From an uncultured bacterium (GTDB lineage Bacteria > Patescibacteriota > JACMRA01): a stretch of DNA of 52,477 nucleotides. Where the stretch lies: the NCBI GenBank assembly GCA_963784355.1, contig CAWAQU010000005.1, forward strand, positions 1 to 52,477. The letters run 5' to 3'. The notes beneath the pieces are model-generated. The model was not told the DNA's origin. It did no database searches and was given only the letters and a program-made list of their open reading frames with translations. The position numbers and the translations under genes were made by a program. Positions 37,544 through 47,482 of this stretch are shown here, one piece after another (positions within the stretch are counted from its first letter, which is position 1; each line of letters starts with the position of its first letter).

Positions 37544-37903
37544 ATGGCTGAAATTGATGAATTAAAACAAGAGGCAAAAACTGATGAAAAGAAAAATTTT
37601 ATCTTTGGGTTTCTACAATTTGTTAAAAAATATGGTGTAGTTGGTTTGGCTTTAGGTGTGGTTATGGGTAATGCTGTAAATACATTAGTAAAAAGCTTGG
37701 TGGAAAATATAATAAATCCGATTTTAGCTAAGATAATTGGTAAAGTAGATCTTAGTAGTATAGTTTTTCAGGGAATTAAAATAGGAAGCTTTATAAATGA
37801 TGTAATAAACTTCTTAATTTTGTTATTTGTCGTCTATACAGCAGTTAGTTTACTGATAAACAGATTTCTTACTGAGGATGAAAAGAAAAGCTTAAAAATT
37901 TAG
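37544..37903 (+). CDS. mscL: Large-conductance mechanosensitive channel
   Basis: F..FVKKYGVVGLALGVVMG.A...LVKSLVENIINP, IGSFINDVINFLI. Confidence 0.9.
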   Translation: MAEIDELKQEAKTDEKKNFIFGFLQFVKKYGVVGLALGVVMGNAVNTLVKSLVENIINPILAKIIGKVDLSSIVFQGIKIGSFINDVINFLILLFVVYTAVSLLINRFLTEDEKKSLKI

Positions 37904-39324
37904 TATTTTCCTGCAATAATTCCCTGTACATCTTTTACTGCAATAAAGGCACCTAAAATAAGTAATAATAGGAAAGTAATACTGATTGCTACAGCTTCCC
38001 ATTTTTTGTTGCGTCTACCAAGTATTTTATTGATTGTTATTATTACCCAACGTCCCCCATCTAATGCGGGTATAGGCAAGACATTAAATGCTGCGAGACC
38101 AATTGAAATTAAAGCCATCAAATAAAGTATTCCACTTATTCCATAGTCTTTGAATATTTTAGAACTAAAGCTGCTGACTGCGATAGGACCACTTACATAC
38201 TCAAGAGCTGCTCTATCTTGTGTTTGGGGTAGAAGAGCTGTAAATATTTGCCCTAAAGCTTTGAAATCTAGCACAACAAAATCCCACGTTTGATTAACCG
38301 ACAATAAGAAGCCGCTAATAAAGTTTTTGGCCTTGTATTTGGTTTCATAACCAATGCCGGCTACTCCAAGTAGTACTTCACCATTCTTTTCTTCTAAAGT
38401 AGTATTTACAGTTTTAACTTCTCCTGAATCTTTTGCTTTAAAAGTTATTGGTACTTCTTTACCCTTTAGTTCTTTTATGGTATTTCTGAAATCACCAATT
38501 GAATTAATATTTTTTGTATCTTTGTTATCTATACTAATTAAATCATCTCCAGGCTTGATACCAATCTTATCAGCAACTCCGTCTTTGGCAACTGAAGGGA
38601 CTTTAATATATTCAGATCTGGATGAAATATTTGCATATTTTGTAATCTCATTACTATCACTGGGGAAAGCGTATTGAGCCATACTTCCGGTAATACCGAA
38701 AATAATCCAGAATAAAGTTACTGCTGTGAGCAAATTAAAAGTAACGCCACCTAATAAAATAATAGTTTGCTGCAACCAGTTTTTTGAGAAGAATGTTTCT
38801 TTTGAATTAATTTTTGTATCAAATTCCCACTCTACTAAAGTTTTTAACTGGTTTGTGAGTAATTCGAATTTTCCTTGCTTGTCTTTTTCAGACTCAACCT
38901 CTTTTCCACGAATATATTTAGATTTCTCTAATTCTGCCCAGTCTTTATCGTACTCCAAGCTATTTTCTTCTAAAAAAAATCTCAACTCTTGATTGGCTAC
39001 CAATTCACTAATACGGTCTGGAATATAAGCTGTTTTGGCTTCTTTTTTATCTGTTTTTGCTAATTCATGAGCTTCGTCAATAGCATCGTGGTCTCCATAG
39101 ATTCTAGCAAAACCCCCTAGAAATATTAGGTAATTTAATGACCAGACAATTCCTTTCCAGCGAAAATAAATCCATCTAGGTGGGGCTCCAATACCGTATT
39201 CAAGTACCTTTACACCTACAAGTCTAGCCATTAATAAATGTCCAAATTCGTGTATTGCAACTAAAGGAACCAAAATAATTATAAACCAAAAAATAATGGT
39301 AAGGGTCTGCAAGATAAAATCCAT
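37900..39324 (-). CDS. rseP: RIP metalloprotease RseP (M50, PDZ) with acidic insertion
   Basis: HEFGH, LGGFARIYG, PDZ (GIKPGDDLISID), SGPIAV, FNVLPIPALDGG; ATG at 39324. Confidence 0.93.
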   Translation of the reverse strand: MDFILQTLTIIFWFIIILVPLVAIHEFGHLLMARLVGVKVLEYGIGAPPRWIYFRWKGIVWSLNYLIFLGGFARIYGDHDAIDEAHELAKTDKKEAKTAYIPDRISELVANQELRFFLEENSLEYDKDWAELEKSKYIRGKEVESEKDKQGKFELLTNQLKTLVEWEFDTKINSKETFFSKNWLQQTIILLGGVTFNLLTAVTLFWIIFGITGSMAQYAFPSDSNEITKYANISSRSEYIKVPSVAKDGVADKIGIKPGDDLISIDNKDTKNINSIGDFRNTIKELKGKEVPITFKAKDSGEVKTVNTTLEEKNGEVLLGVAGIGYETKYKAKNFISGFLLSVNQTWDFVVLDFKALGQIFTALLPQTQDRAALEYVSGPIAVSSFSSKIFKDYGISGILYLMALISIGLAAFNVLPIPALDGGRWVIITINKILGRRNKKWEAVAISITFLLLLILGAFIAVKDVQGIIAGKY

Positions 39325-39399
39325 AATGATGATAAAATTCAACTTTTCACCTGACGTCTTGTCAAGAAAAAGAATTTTCAGTACACTCTAGTATAATAC

Positions 39400-39729
39400 A
39401 TGTCTTTCAGTTGGTCAAATTTTTTTGTCGGTATTTTAGGTGTTGCAATAGGGGTATTAATTACAAAAGAAGCATTTTATCTTAATCACCATATATTATT
39501 TTTAGGTTGGGCAGAAAAGAAGTGGGGTCCGGGAATGGGTACAATAGCTTATAGATGGGCTGGCGTCTGCCTGATTCTTTTTTCTATTTTAGTAATGGTA
39601 GGTCAGATCAATTTATTTAATAATGGCGTGGGCCGTGCTAATACAAATAATAGCCCTAATACTAATCCTCAAGTGGAAACTGCACCTACACCTGTTAGAA
39701 ACACTGGTAGAAGTGGTATAGCACCTTAA
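39400..39729 (+). CDS. Small 2-TM membrane protein
   Basis: Two hydrophobic helices flanking GWAEKKWGPGMG; N/P/T-rich tail. Confidence 0.75.
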   Translation: MSFSWSNFFVGILGVAIGVLITKEAFYLNHHILFLGWAEKKWGPGMGTIAYRWAGVCLILFSILVMVGQINLFNNGVGRANTNNSPNTNPQVETAPTPVRNTGRSGIAP

Positions 39730-39778
39730 AATAAATATAATTGACGTTATAAATTTATAGCTGCCTGTAAGTGTTTAA

Positions 39779-40708
39779 TTATGTAGGGAAATTATCTATT
39801 GTTTCCAATTTTTCACAGATTAATTTAGCAACCTCCGGCCCAACGCCATCAATCCCAAGCCCAGCTAAAAATTTATAATCATCTATCTTCCTGGCCTTCT
39901 CAATTGAATTCTTTAAATTCTCAACTGATTTCTCTCCAAATCCTTCCATTACTTGAATTTGTTCATAAGGTAGATTGTATAAATCAGGTATATCTCTTAC
40001 CCCAAAATTTTCTATAAATTTTTCAAGCAATTTTTCTGAAAGTCCGGTAATGGAAGCTAAGTTTCTTTGGCAGTAATAAGCTAGTTTAGTAAGAATTTGC
40101 CTTGGACAATCCATATTTGTGCATATTAAATCTACTTCTGTAGAAGATAATATTAGCCCTGTCTGGCATGAAGGGCAATATGCTGGTGTTTTGAACCCCT
40201 CCGTTTTTGAAACATTTTCAGTTCTTAAATTGTATAATACTTGAACGACTTCGGGTATGATGTCACCAGCTTTTCTAATTATCAAAGTATCCCCAAGATG
40301 AAGATCTTTTTCTAAAAATTCTTTATAATTGTGAAGAGTGGCTCTTTTAACTGTAGTTCCGGCCAATTCTACAGGCTCAAGCTCAACAACCGGAGTAATA
40401 CGGCCGCTGCGACCTACCTGCCAGGTTACACCGGCAACTTTTGTAGTAACTTCCTCAGCTTTAAATTTTATTGCACACCAACCTCTTGGTGTTTTACCTA
40501 CTACACCTAATTCTTCAACTAAGCTATTGTCATTTAATTTTACTACCAGTCCATCAATAGGATAGTTCAAATTTGCTTTATTTTTAGCTAAATTTTGGCT
40601 TATTTCCCAAACTTCATTTATATCATCTGCTGCTTGATTGTAAGGATTTGTCGGAAAACCAAGCCTTTCTAAAAAATCTAATTCTTCCTGGTGGGTATTG
40701 AAGCTCAT
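39779..40708 (-). CDS. ligA: NAD-dependent DNA ligase fragment (end of adenylation domain, OB, Zn finger, HhH); lacks the KxDG region and BRCT
   Basis: IDGLVVK, PRGWCAIKF, WQVGRSGRITPV, RATLHN, KAGDIIPEV, CPSC..C...C, GFGEKS; only 309 aa. Confidence 0.88.
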   Translation of the reverse strand: MSFNTHQEELDFLERLGFPTNPYNQAADDINEVWEISQNLAKNKANLNYPIDGLVVKLNDNSLVEELGVVGKTPRGWCAIKFKAEEVTTKVAGVTWQVGRSGRITPVVELEPVELAGTTVKRATLHNYKEFLEKDLHLGDTLIIRKAGDIIPEVVQVLYNLRTENVSKTEGFKTPAYCPSCQTGLILSSTEVDLICTNMDCPRQILTKLAYYCQRNLASITGLSEKLLEKFIENFGVRDIPDLYNLPYEQIQVMEGFGEKSVENLKNSIEKARKIDDYKFLAGLGIDGVGPEVAKLICEKLETIDNFPT

Positions 40709-40881
40709 TTTATATTTAATTCATGTAATTTTTAGTTTATAAGCTTTACTGTGTCAAGTTTAAGCCAAATCAATTGCTATTGTAATTTGATAAATAGGAT
40801 AGCCTAATAACCTTTGCAATTTGCTAAATTGAATATTTTTAAGTAATCTTATGGCATAAGATTAAATACTTGCTAAAAAAT

Positions 40882-41394
40882 ATGGAACAATTTAATACAA
40901 AACACAAAATTCTATTGGATACTGAATTTGAAATTCGCTCAGCAATTGATACTGATATTCCGATGTTAACATATTTGTTGTCTAATTGGAGTAGTTATTA
41001 CCAGGATAAATGGAAGCAGAAACTTGAAAATAAATTAGATATATTTGTAGCTACAATAAATGATTTACCTATTGTTAATCTGTTGTTGGACTGGACTAAA
41101 TATGCAGATCAAAACACTGCTCAAATTTCCTCATTCATGGTTTTGTCACCATTTAGAAATCTAGGAATTGGTACAGTGATGATGGATTTTGCAGAAAAAG
41201 TTATAATTCAAAAAAATCTAAAAATTGCTCAGACAGGGGCTTACAAAACTAATCTGAAGGCTAAAAAGCTTTATGAAAGATTGGGTTATGAACTAACTGG
41301 AGAGCAACAAGGAACTTTGCAATATACTACTGAATCAGGAAAAATTGAAACAAAGTATGAAGACTGCTGGATTTTGCAGAAAAAGTTGGGTTAA
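40882..41394 (+). CDS. GNAT family acetyltransferase
   Basis: V..PFRNLGIGT, N.KAKKLYERLGY. Confidence 0.9.
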   Translation: MEQFNTKHKILLDTEFEIRSAIDTDIPMLTYLLSNWSSYYQDKWKQKLENKLDIFVATINDLPIVNLLLDWTKYADQNTAQISSFMVLSPFRNLGIGTVMMDFAEKVIIQKNLKIAQTGAYKTNLKAKKLYERLGYELTGEQQGTLQYTTESGKIETKYEDCWILQKKLG

Positions 41395-41428
41395 AGAAAA
41401 GTGAATCTAGCTAACTAGATATTTATTT

Positions 41429-42166
41429 TTAGTCACCAAGATGACTGTGTTTATCTAAAATTTCTATTGTTACACTACTTAATTTGTTATTAAGGTACCA
41501 GTCATTTATTTTTGTCATAGAAGCTAAGGCAGCTAACATTAGTCTATAGCTACATTTAAGATCTCCACTATTTTTAATTCCATATTGCAAATAACTGTAA
41601 TTTCCATGAATAATTTCACTGCTAAGTTCATAAAGAAACTTTAGTTCAGCCATATTAACTATATTCTTATTAGATTTTATTCTATCTTTGAATGCAGGAA
41701 AACTACGGATCATACCTTCTCTTTCAATATCAATCTTTGAATTATCACTAGCATTTAGGTGTTTGACCAGCTCTAAATTTGTTTCTTCAAAATAGGCTTG
41801 AAAAAGCTGCTTGTCAGTGGAATTATCTGTTTCATGATAATGTATTTTATAAAATTGGAGTGACTCTTTGAATAGTGTTTCTATTTGCTTACTCGTTTCC
41901 AAAGTACTTAAATATGAAAGTTTGGTAATTCTATCTACAGCCATCCTCACAATTGCTAAAGAGTGCTCAATATCATTGGAAGCAATAAGCAATTTAAATG
42001 CTTCTATATCTCTTAAAATACTCCTATTTTGCTCAAGCAAATATATTTGAACTTCGGAAAGAGGTTTGTTCTTCCAAATATCATTTTTTGCAGTTTTATA
42101 TTGACTAGTAATATGCGTATAAAAATCATTAATAGCTTCTTGAGCTGATTTTAATTGAAAAGGCAT
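41429..42166 (-). CDS. Hypothetical protein, DUF5677/HEPN-like helical family (tentative)
   Basis: AIVRMAVD and LYELSSEIIHGN pattern. Confidence 0.5.
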   Translation of the reverse strand: MPFQLKSAQEAINDFYTHITSQYKTAKNDIWKNKPLSEVQIYLLEQNRSILRDIEAFKLLIASNDIEHSLAIVRMAVDRITKLSYLSTLETSKQIETLFKESLQFYKIHYHETDNSTDKQLFQAYFEETNLELVKHLNASDNSKIDIEREGMIRSFPAFKDRIKSNKNIVNMAELKFLYELSSEIIHGNYSYLQYGIKNSGDLKCSYRLMLAALASMTKINDWYLNNKLSSVTIEILDKHSHLGD

Positions 42167-42264
42167 AGCTTATTTATTACTGCTTAGAGTTAAATTACTG
42201 AACATAATGTTTTTGAATTAGTGCAAAACAAAAATTTCCCAATAATGGGATAATTAGGTTCTTG

Positions 42265-42354
42265 TGGCGGAGGATATGAGATTCGAACTCATGAGGGATT
42301 TAACTCCCAACACGCTTTCCAAGCGTGCGCCATAGACCACTAGGCGAATCCTCC
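42265..42354 (-). tRNA. tRNA-Ser(GGA)
   Basis: Minus strand GGAGGAT...ATCCTCC-GCCA acceptor, anticodon arm CACGC-TTGGAAA-GCGTG, long variable arm, GTTCGAATC T-loop, encoded CCA. Confidence 0.98.
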
Positions 42355-42481
42355 AGGTAATGAATATATAAATTAAAGCCTAAATATTTGTAAATAGTCA
42401 AGAGTAGGGGCTAGCTATTAAAGTATTTTGGGTATTACTAAACCTCGTTGGGCCAAGATAGTGTGAGAGCTAACAATTATT

Positions 42482-42844
42482 TTAACTATACTTAGGATTA
42501 AGTTTGAGTTGTCTTGAATAAATATAGGTGCTGTATGAGATAAACGTACTAATTGCCAGGTAAATAAAACCGGCTAAGATTATATTTGTATTTGGTTCAA
42601 TTTTTAGACTGCAATTTTGATTCGCATTTGTTTTGCATACTCTACTAGCACTTGTTTTAGCAGCTTCAGAAAAATTTAAAGCGTTTGCTGAATTAGAATA
42701 TAAATTAACTTGGGGAATGATACTAATGATAGAGATACCGAGAACTAAACCACTTAAAACAACAAGTACTATTTTTCTAATGTAGCTGAAATTTATTTTA
42801 AATATCTCCTGATATCCATGTGATTGCACATAAGACTTAACCAT
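42482..42844 (-). CDS. Small 2-TM membrane protein
   Basis: 120 aa, two hydrophobic segments around a loop with two Cys. Confidence 0.6.
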   Translation of the reverse strand: MVKSYVQSHGYQEIFKINFSYIRKIVLVVLSGLVLGISIISIIPQVNLYSNSANALNFSEAAKTSASRVCKTNANQNCSLKIEPNTNIILAGFIYLAISTFISYSTYIYSRQLKLNPKYS

Positions 42845-43027
42845 AATGTAATTTTTTATTTTTATTTAACAATCTAATTGTAACCTATTTCTTTTATTTG
42901 TGCAAATCTAATTAAGCTTATATCGTTCTGTATCCAAAAGTTTAAGTTTGTGTTATATATTTTACAGTAGGGGACTGGTGGCTAAGCAATATTTAATTTG
43001 ACTCAGAATTGATTATGAACGAGCAAC

Positions 43028-43049
43028 AAAAAACCACCCTTGCGGGTGG
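43028..43049 (-). terminator. Intrinsic terminator after tuf
   Basis: Minus strand CCACCC-GCAA-GGGTGG followed by TTTTTT. Confidence 0.85.
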
Positions 43050-43084
43050 AGAAAACTCTATGCGGAATTATTTATTATATTTAA

Positions 43085-44272
43085 CTATTTTGTAATTTTA
43101 GTAACTACACCGGCACCGATTGTTCTACCTCCTTCACGGACAGCAAATTTCATACCTTCTTCCATAGCTACTGGTTTCTCAAGTTCTACAACGATACTTA
43201 CATCAATATCACCAGGTAAGATCATTTGTTTAGTTTGATCTACAAAGTTAATTGTACCTGTTACGTCAGTAGTTCTAATGTAGAATTGTGGTTTGTATCC
43301 TGATAAAATTGGAGTGTGTCTTCCACCTTCCTCTTTAGTCAAAACATACAACTGAGCTTCGAATTTAGTGTGTGGAGTGATTGACTTTGGTTTAGCAAGT
43401 ACCTGTCCTCTTTGAACTTGGTCCTTGTTGATACCTCTAAGTAATACACCAGCATTGTCTCCTGCTTCACCACGATCTAGTAGTTTTTTAAACATCTCAA
43501 TACCAGTTACAACTGTAGTTTGAGTATCACCTAAACCTACAATTTCAACTTGGTCATTAATGTTTACTACACCTCTTTCAATTCTTCCAGTTACAACTGT
43601 TCCACGACCTGTGATTGTGAATACATCTTCAATGGCCATCAAGAAAGGTTTGTCAACTTCACGAAGAGGATTTTCGATATAGCTATCTAAGGTATCCAAT
43701 AACTCTTTGATTTTTTCTTCCCAAACAGCATCACCTTCTAGAGCTTTTAATGCTGAACCTTTTACGATTGGGGTGCTAGCACCGTCAAAACCGTATTTGC
43801 TTAGCAATTCACGAATTTCTTCTTCTACAAGCATAATCATTTCTTCGTCTTGTACCATGTCGCATTTGTTTAAGAATACAACAATCTTAGGTACACCAAC
43901 TTGTCTAGCAAGCAAGATATGTTCACGAGTCTGAGGCATTGGTCCGTCAGTAGCAGCTACAACTAAGATAGAAGCATCCATCTGAGCAGCACCTGTGATC
44001 ATGTTTTTAACATAGTCAGCGTGACCAGGACAATCTACGTGAGCATAGTGTCTAACAGCTGTTTCGTATTCTACGTGAGCTGTGTTGATAGTGATACCTC
44101 GAGCTTTTTCTTCTGGAGCTGCATCAATATCAGCATAATTTCTAGCTTTTGCATTACCTGACTTTGCAGAGTAGGTGGTAATAGCAGCGGTAAGAGTAGT
44201 CTTACCGTGGTCAACGTGTCCAATGGTACCTACATTAACATGGACTTTTCCTCGATTAAATACATCAGCCAT
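43085..44272 (-). CDS. tuf: Elongation factor Tu
   Basis: [43 protein letters not shown]. Confidence 0.99.
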   Translation of the reverse strand: MADVFNRGKVHVNVGTIGHVDHGKTTLTAAITTYSAKSGNAKARNYADIDAAPEEKARGITINTAHVEYETAVRHYAHVDCPGHADYVKNMITGAAQMDASILVVAATDGPMPQTREHILLARQVGVPKIVVFLNKCDMVQDEEMIMLVEEEIRELLSKYGFDGASTPIVKGSALKALEGDAVWEEKIKELLDTLDSYIENPLREVDKPFLMAIEDVFTITGRGTVVTGRIERGVVNINDQVEIVGLGDTQTTVVTGIEMFKKLLDRGEAGDNAGVLLRGINKDQVQRGQVLAKPKSITPHTKFEAQLYVLTKEEGGRHTPILSGYKPQFYIRTTDVTGTINFVDQTKQMILPGDIDVSIVVELEKPVAMEEGMKFAVREGGRTIGAGVVTKITK

Positions 44273-44407
44273 AATTGCAATAAAATAATAAGAGTTTTTA
44301 AAAACTAAGTATTATAGAGAATAATATTTTGCCCTTTGTCAAGCCAAGTGATGTCTGTTTGGTTCGTTTTGACAAAAATCTGTGTCTTGGTGAATCTATT
44401 CATAGAT

Positions 44408-45190
44408 ATGTACAGCTTCCACCTAACTCATCTTTACCCTAAGCATATGTCTATATATGGGGATATGGGAAATATTATTGCCTTAAAATACCGATTGGGA
44501 AAACTTGGCTTTGAAGTACTGTATCAAGAGGTTAATCCTGGTGAAGAATTACCGGAAAAAACAGATTTTTATTTTATTGGTGGGGGTCAAGACAAAGAAC
44601 AATTACAGATTTTTGAAGATTTATTGAGTAAAAAAGCAAAACTTTTAAATGAGATTGAGCAAAATGTACCTGTTTTAGCTATTTGTGGAGGATACCAATT
44701 ATTGGGGCAATCCTTTTTGACTGGAGATGGAAAACAAATTGCCGGGATTGGAATATTGCCAGTAGATACAAAAGCTCCTGATTTATCTGTAAAATCAAGG
44801 TGTATAGGAAACATAGCCATTAAATCCAATATTCCTGAGCTAAAAGATGTAGTTTTGGTGGGTTTTGAAAATCATAGTGGACAAACTTATTTTAAAGACG
44901 GCTTTGATACCTCGCAGGTATATCCTTTGGGGGAGGTAATTTTCGGATTTGGAAATAACTCCGTAGAAAAAATTGAAGGCTGTGTATACAAAAATGTAAT
45001 TGGCACATATATGCATGGGTCGTGTTTACCTAAAAATCCTGAACTTAGTGATTATCTAATCAAAAAATCTATTGAGAACAAAATTGGAAATAACGAGCTG
45101 CCTGTGTCTTTTTTAGAAAATAATATATTTGAAAAACTTAGTGTAGATATAGCTTTAAAGGCAAAAAATCATATATTGAATAAATATTAA
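44408..45190 (+). CDS. gatD: GatD/CobQ-like glutamine amidotransferase
   Basis: HLYP..MSIYGDMGN, GGGQD, ICGGYQ, GFENH, GTYMHG..LPKNP; ATG at 44408. Confidence 0.88.
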   Translation: MYSFHLTHLYPKHMSIYGDMGNIIALKYRLGKLGFEVLYQEVNPGEELPEKTDFYFIGGGQDKEQLQIFEDLLSKKAKLLNEIEQNVPVLAICGGYQLLGQSFLTGDGKQIAGIGILPVDTKAPDLSVKSRCIGNIAIKSNIPELKDVVLVGFENHSGQTYFKDGFDTSQVYPLGEVIFGFGNNSVEKIEGCVYKNVIGTYMHGSCLPKNPELSDYLIKKSIENKIGNNELPVSFLENNIFEKLSVDIALKAKNHILNKY

Positions 45191-45321
45191 ATCAAATCTC
45201 TACAATATTTCAGTATTTAAAGCTTATACTGTAAGTCATTTACCTAATTGGTATACTGGATTTGTCTAAAAATAAATTATGTTATATAATTACCAAAAGA
45301 ATAAAAATTAAACAAAAACAA

Positions 45322-46248
45322 ATGATCAAAATGATCTTGAAAAATTTTATCTCAAAGGCAATTAGTACAGTATTTATACTGAGTTTTCTAGTTTTTCCTG
45401 TAGTAGGATTTTCTGAGGTAAATTGTGATCCACTATCTCCGATTAATGGCGTTAGGGCAGGAATTAATTTAACTGATGCGGATTTTCGTGCAGACCAGGA
45501 TTTTATATGTGGATATAATACTCAAGTTTGTGTAAATGTTTTTACCGATGTTGATAACCTTGGAGTAAAAGACTCGGGAGAAAACCTAATAGCAGGTGTT
45601 GTGATTAATGTCTATGCTGAAAATGGTTTAAGCCTGATTTATTCTAAAAATAGTTTGGGAAATGGGTATCAATGTTTTACACCTTTTCAAACTGATGCAA
45701 CTTATAGAGTAAGGATTGTAAGTCCACCGACCCCCTATAATACTACTGGTGGAAATGAACAGAGCATAGATATTACTGATGCTACAGGTATAGAATACAT
45801 GTCATTTGGCTATACAAACGGTACTCTATCACTTTCTGCCGAGCAATCTGTAAACTTGGGTACTATTTACGGTTCTAAAAATACGCAGAATGTTTGTACT
45901 ACTGTTCATGATATACAGGTTATTGATACACGTGTAGATAAGCCTGGATGGGCTGTAACAGCTACTATGGAAGATTTTCAAGATGCGGAAAATGCTGATC
46001 TAAAACTCCCTGTAGGAGGTAAATTGCATGTTACTCCGAAAACTGCAACTATAGTATCAGGAAATGCAACAGGTATATCTAGCGGACAAAGTAAAACTAT
46101 TGCTTCCACGTCCGATCAATTTTCCGTAATGAGCGCTACAAGTAATAGTGGAGTTGGTACTTATAAGATTGATATGGACATTTGTTTGACTGTAGATCCT
46201 TTTGTAAGAGTTGGAAATTACAGCTCAATAATAAACTTTACTGTCTAA
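45322..46248 (+). CDS. Secreted protein: SdrD-B-like domain plus WxL-like C-terminal domain
   Basis: Signal peptide; VFTDVDNLGVKDSGENLIAGVVINVY; VIDTRVDKPGWAVTAT and terminal YSSIINFTV. Confidence 0.68.
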   Translation: MIKMILKNFISKAISTVFILSFLVFPVVGFSEVNCDPLSPINGVRAGINLTDADFRADQDFICGYNTQVCVNVFTDVDNLGVKDSGENLIAGVVINVYAENGLSLIYSKNSLGNGYQCFTPFQTDATYRVRIVSPPTPYNTTGGNEQSIDITDATGIEYMSFGYTNGTLSLSAEQSVNLGTIYGSKNTQNVCTTVHDIQVIDTRVDKPGWAVTATMEDFQDAENADLKLPVGGKLHVTPKTATIVSGNATGISSGQSKTIASTSDQFSVMSATSNSGVGTYKIDMDICLTVDPFVRVGNYSSIINFTV

Positions 46249-46250
46249 AT

Positions 46251-47444
46251 ATGACTAAAAAACTTCTAAACTCTTTTTTGCTATTGATATCAGGTGTATT
46301 ATTGGTGAGTTCTTTGGCTGCAAATGCAGAAGTATTTTTGTACAATGGCTCAGATAAGCAATCCCTTAAAAGTACATTTATTTATAAGGTGAAGCCGGGA
46401 GAACAGGTAAAAGATAGTTTAAAAATAGTTAATAATGATGCAAAAGATGTAAATTTATCCTTATTGGCTAGTGATTTAATTGCTAATCAGGATGGTATTA
46501 TTGCTCCAACATCAGGTGAAAATAAGTTTTTAGGAAGCTGGATCAGCACAGGCACACAAGAAGTTTCAATCTCTGCAAATTCCACAGTTAATGTCCCATT
46601 TACAATTTCAGTACCAAAAGATGCAAAAAATGGCGAATATGGAGCAAGTTTGGTAGCAAAAGATATTTTAAAAAAGCAAGCAGGGTCTGTCACTATTAAA
46701 ACCAATAAATCAATAAAATTTTACGTTTTGGTTGGAGAAGAAAATCATACGCTTAATACAGAAGTAAAAAATTTAGATATTGTAGATCCCAGAGATAATA
46801 GTTTTCAAGAGGTAAAAAGTAAAATACCTAGCTTGGGCAAGGAAAACATGGTAGTTAAGTTTGATGCTGAAAATACAGGGGATGTTTTTAGTAGATTAGA
46901 AGGGGAATACACTATAAAAGGAGAAAAATGGAAGGAGGAGAAAGGTGTTGTTTCATTTGATTTAGTTCCTGGTGTAGGTTTCAGGACACTTTATATAAGT
47001 ACAAACAAACCATATCAAACCAAAAATACAGAATTTAGTTTTAAATACAGAATTGTACCAATAAATCCAATTGATAATCTGGAAAAATTGAATATTGAAG
47101 GAGATTTAACTAGTAGTTTAACGCTCAACCAAAATGACTTAAGTAAGTATGGAAATTCACAATTTAAACCTGTTCAGACTGAAGAAGAAAGGATTGCAGA
47201 TCTAAATAAAAAACCGATAGCAAAAAACTCCGTCGGTGTAATTGAAAATATTTTTAGAGTGCTGGTAACCATTATCTTGTTGTTTCTTACAACTTTGATT
47301 CTAGTTGCTAGATATACAAAAATTAGATTTGGTAAGATAAAACCTTGGCAATTTTTCTCAAAGCCAAAATTCAAACAGAATTTAGAGCATTCACATAGGG
47401 CTAAAAAAATTAAAGTTATAGTACAAGACGCAAACAAAAAATAG
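46251..47444 (+). CDS. DUF916-like (WxL-interacting) surface protein with C-terminal TM
   Basis: Signal peptide; FIYKVKPGEQVKDSLKIVN, GSWI, VPFTISVPKDAKNGEY, ENTGDV; C-terminal TM and basic tail; starts 2 nt after the WxL-like gene. Confidence 0.72.
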   Translation: MTKKLLNSFLLLISGVLLVSSLAANAEVFLYNGSDKQSLKSTFIYKVKPGEQVKDSLKIVNNDAKDVNLSLLASDLIANQDGIIAPTSGENKFLGSWISTGTQEVSISANSTVNVPFTISVPKDAKNGEYGASLVAKDILKKQAGSVTIKTNKSIKFYVLVGEENHTLNTEVKNLDIVDPRDNSFQEVKSKIPSLGKENMVVKFDAENTGDVFSRLEGEYTIKGEKWKEEKGVVSFDLVPGVGFRTLYISTNKPYQTKNTEFSFKYRIVPINPIDNLEKLNIEGDLTSSLTLNQNDLSKYGNSQFKPVQTEEERIADLNKKPIAKNSVGVIENIFRVLVTIILLFLTTLILVARYTKIRFGKIKPWQFFSKPKFKQNLEHSHRAKKIKVIVQDANKK

Positions 47445-47482
47445 TCTTAGTTCTATGATGTTTTTAAGCTAGTTGTATTGTT

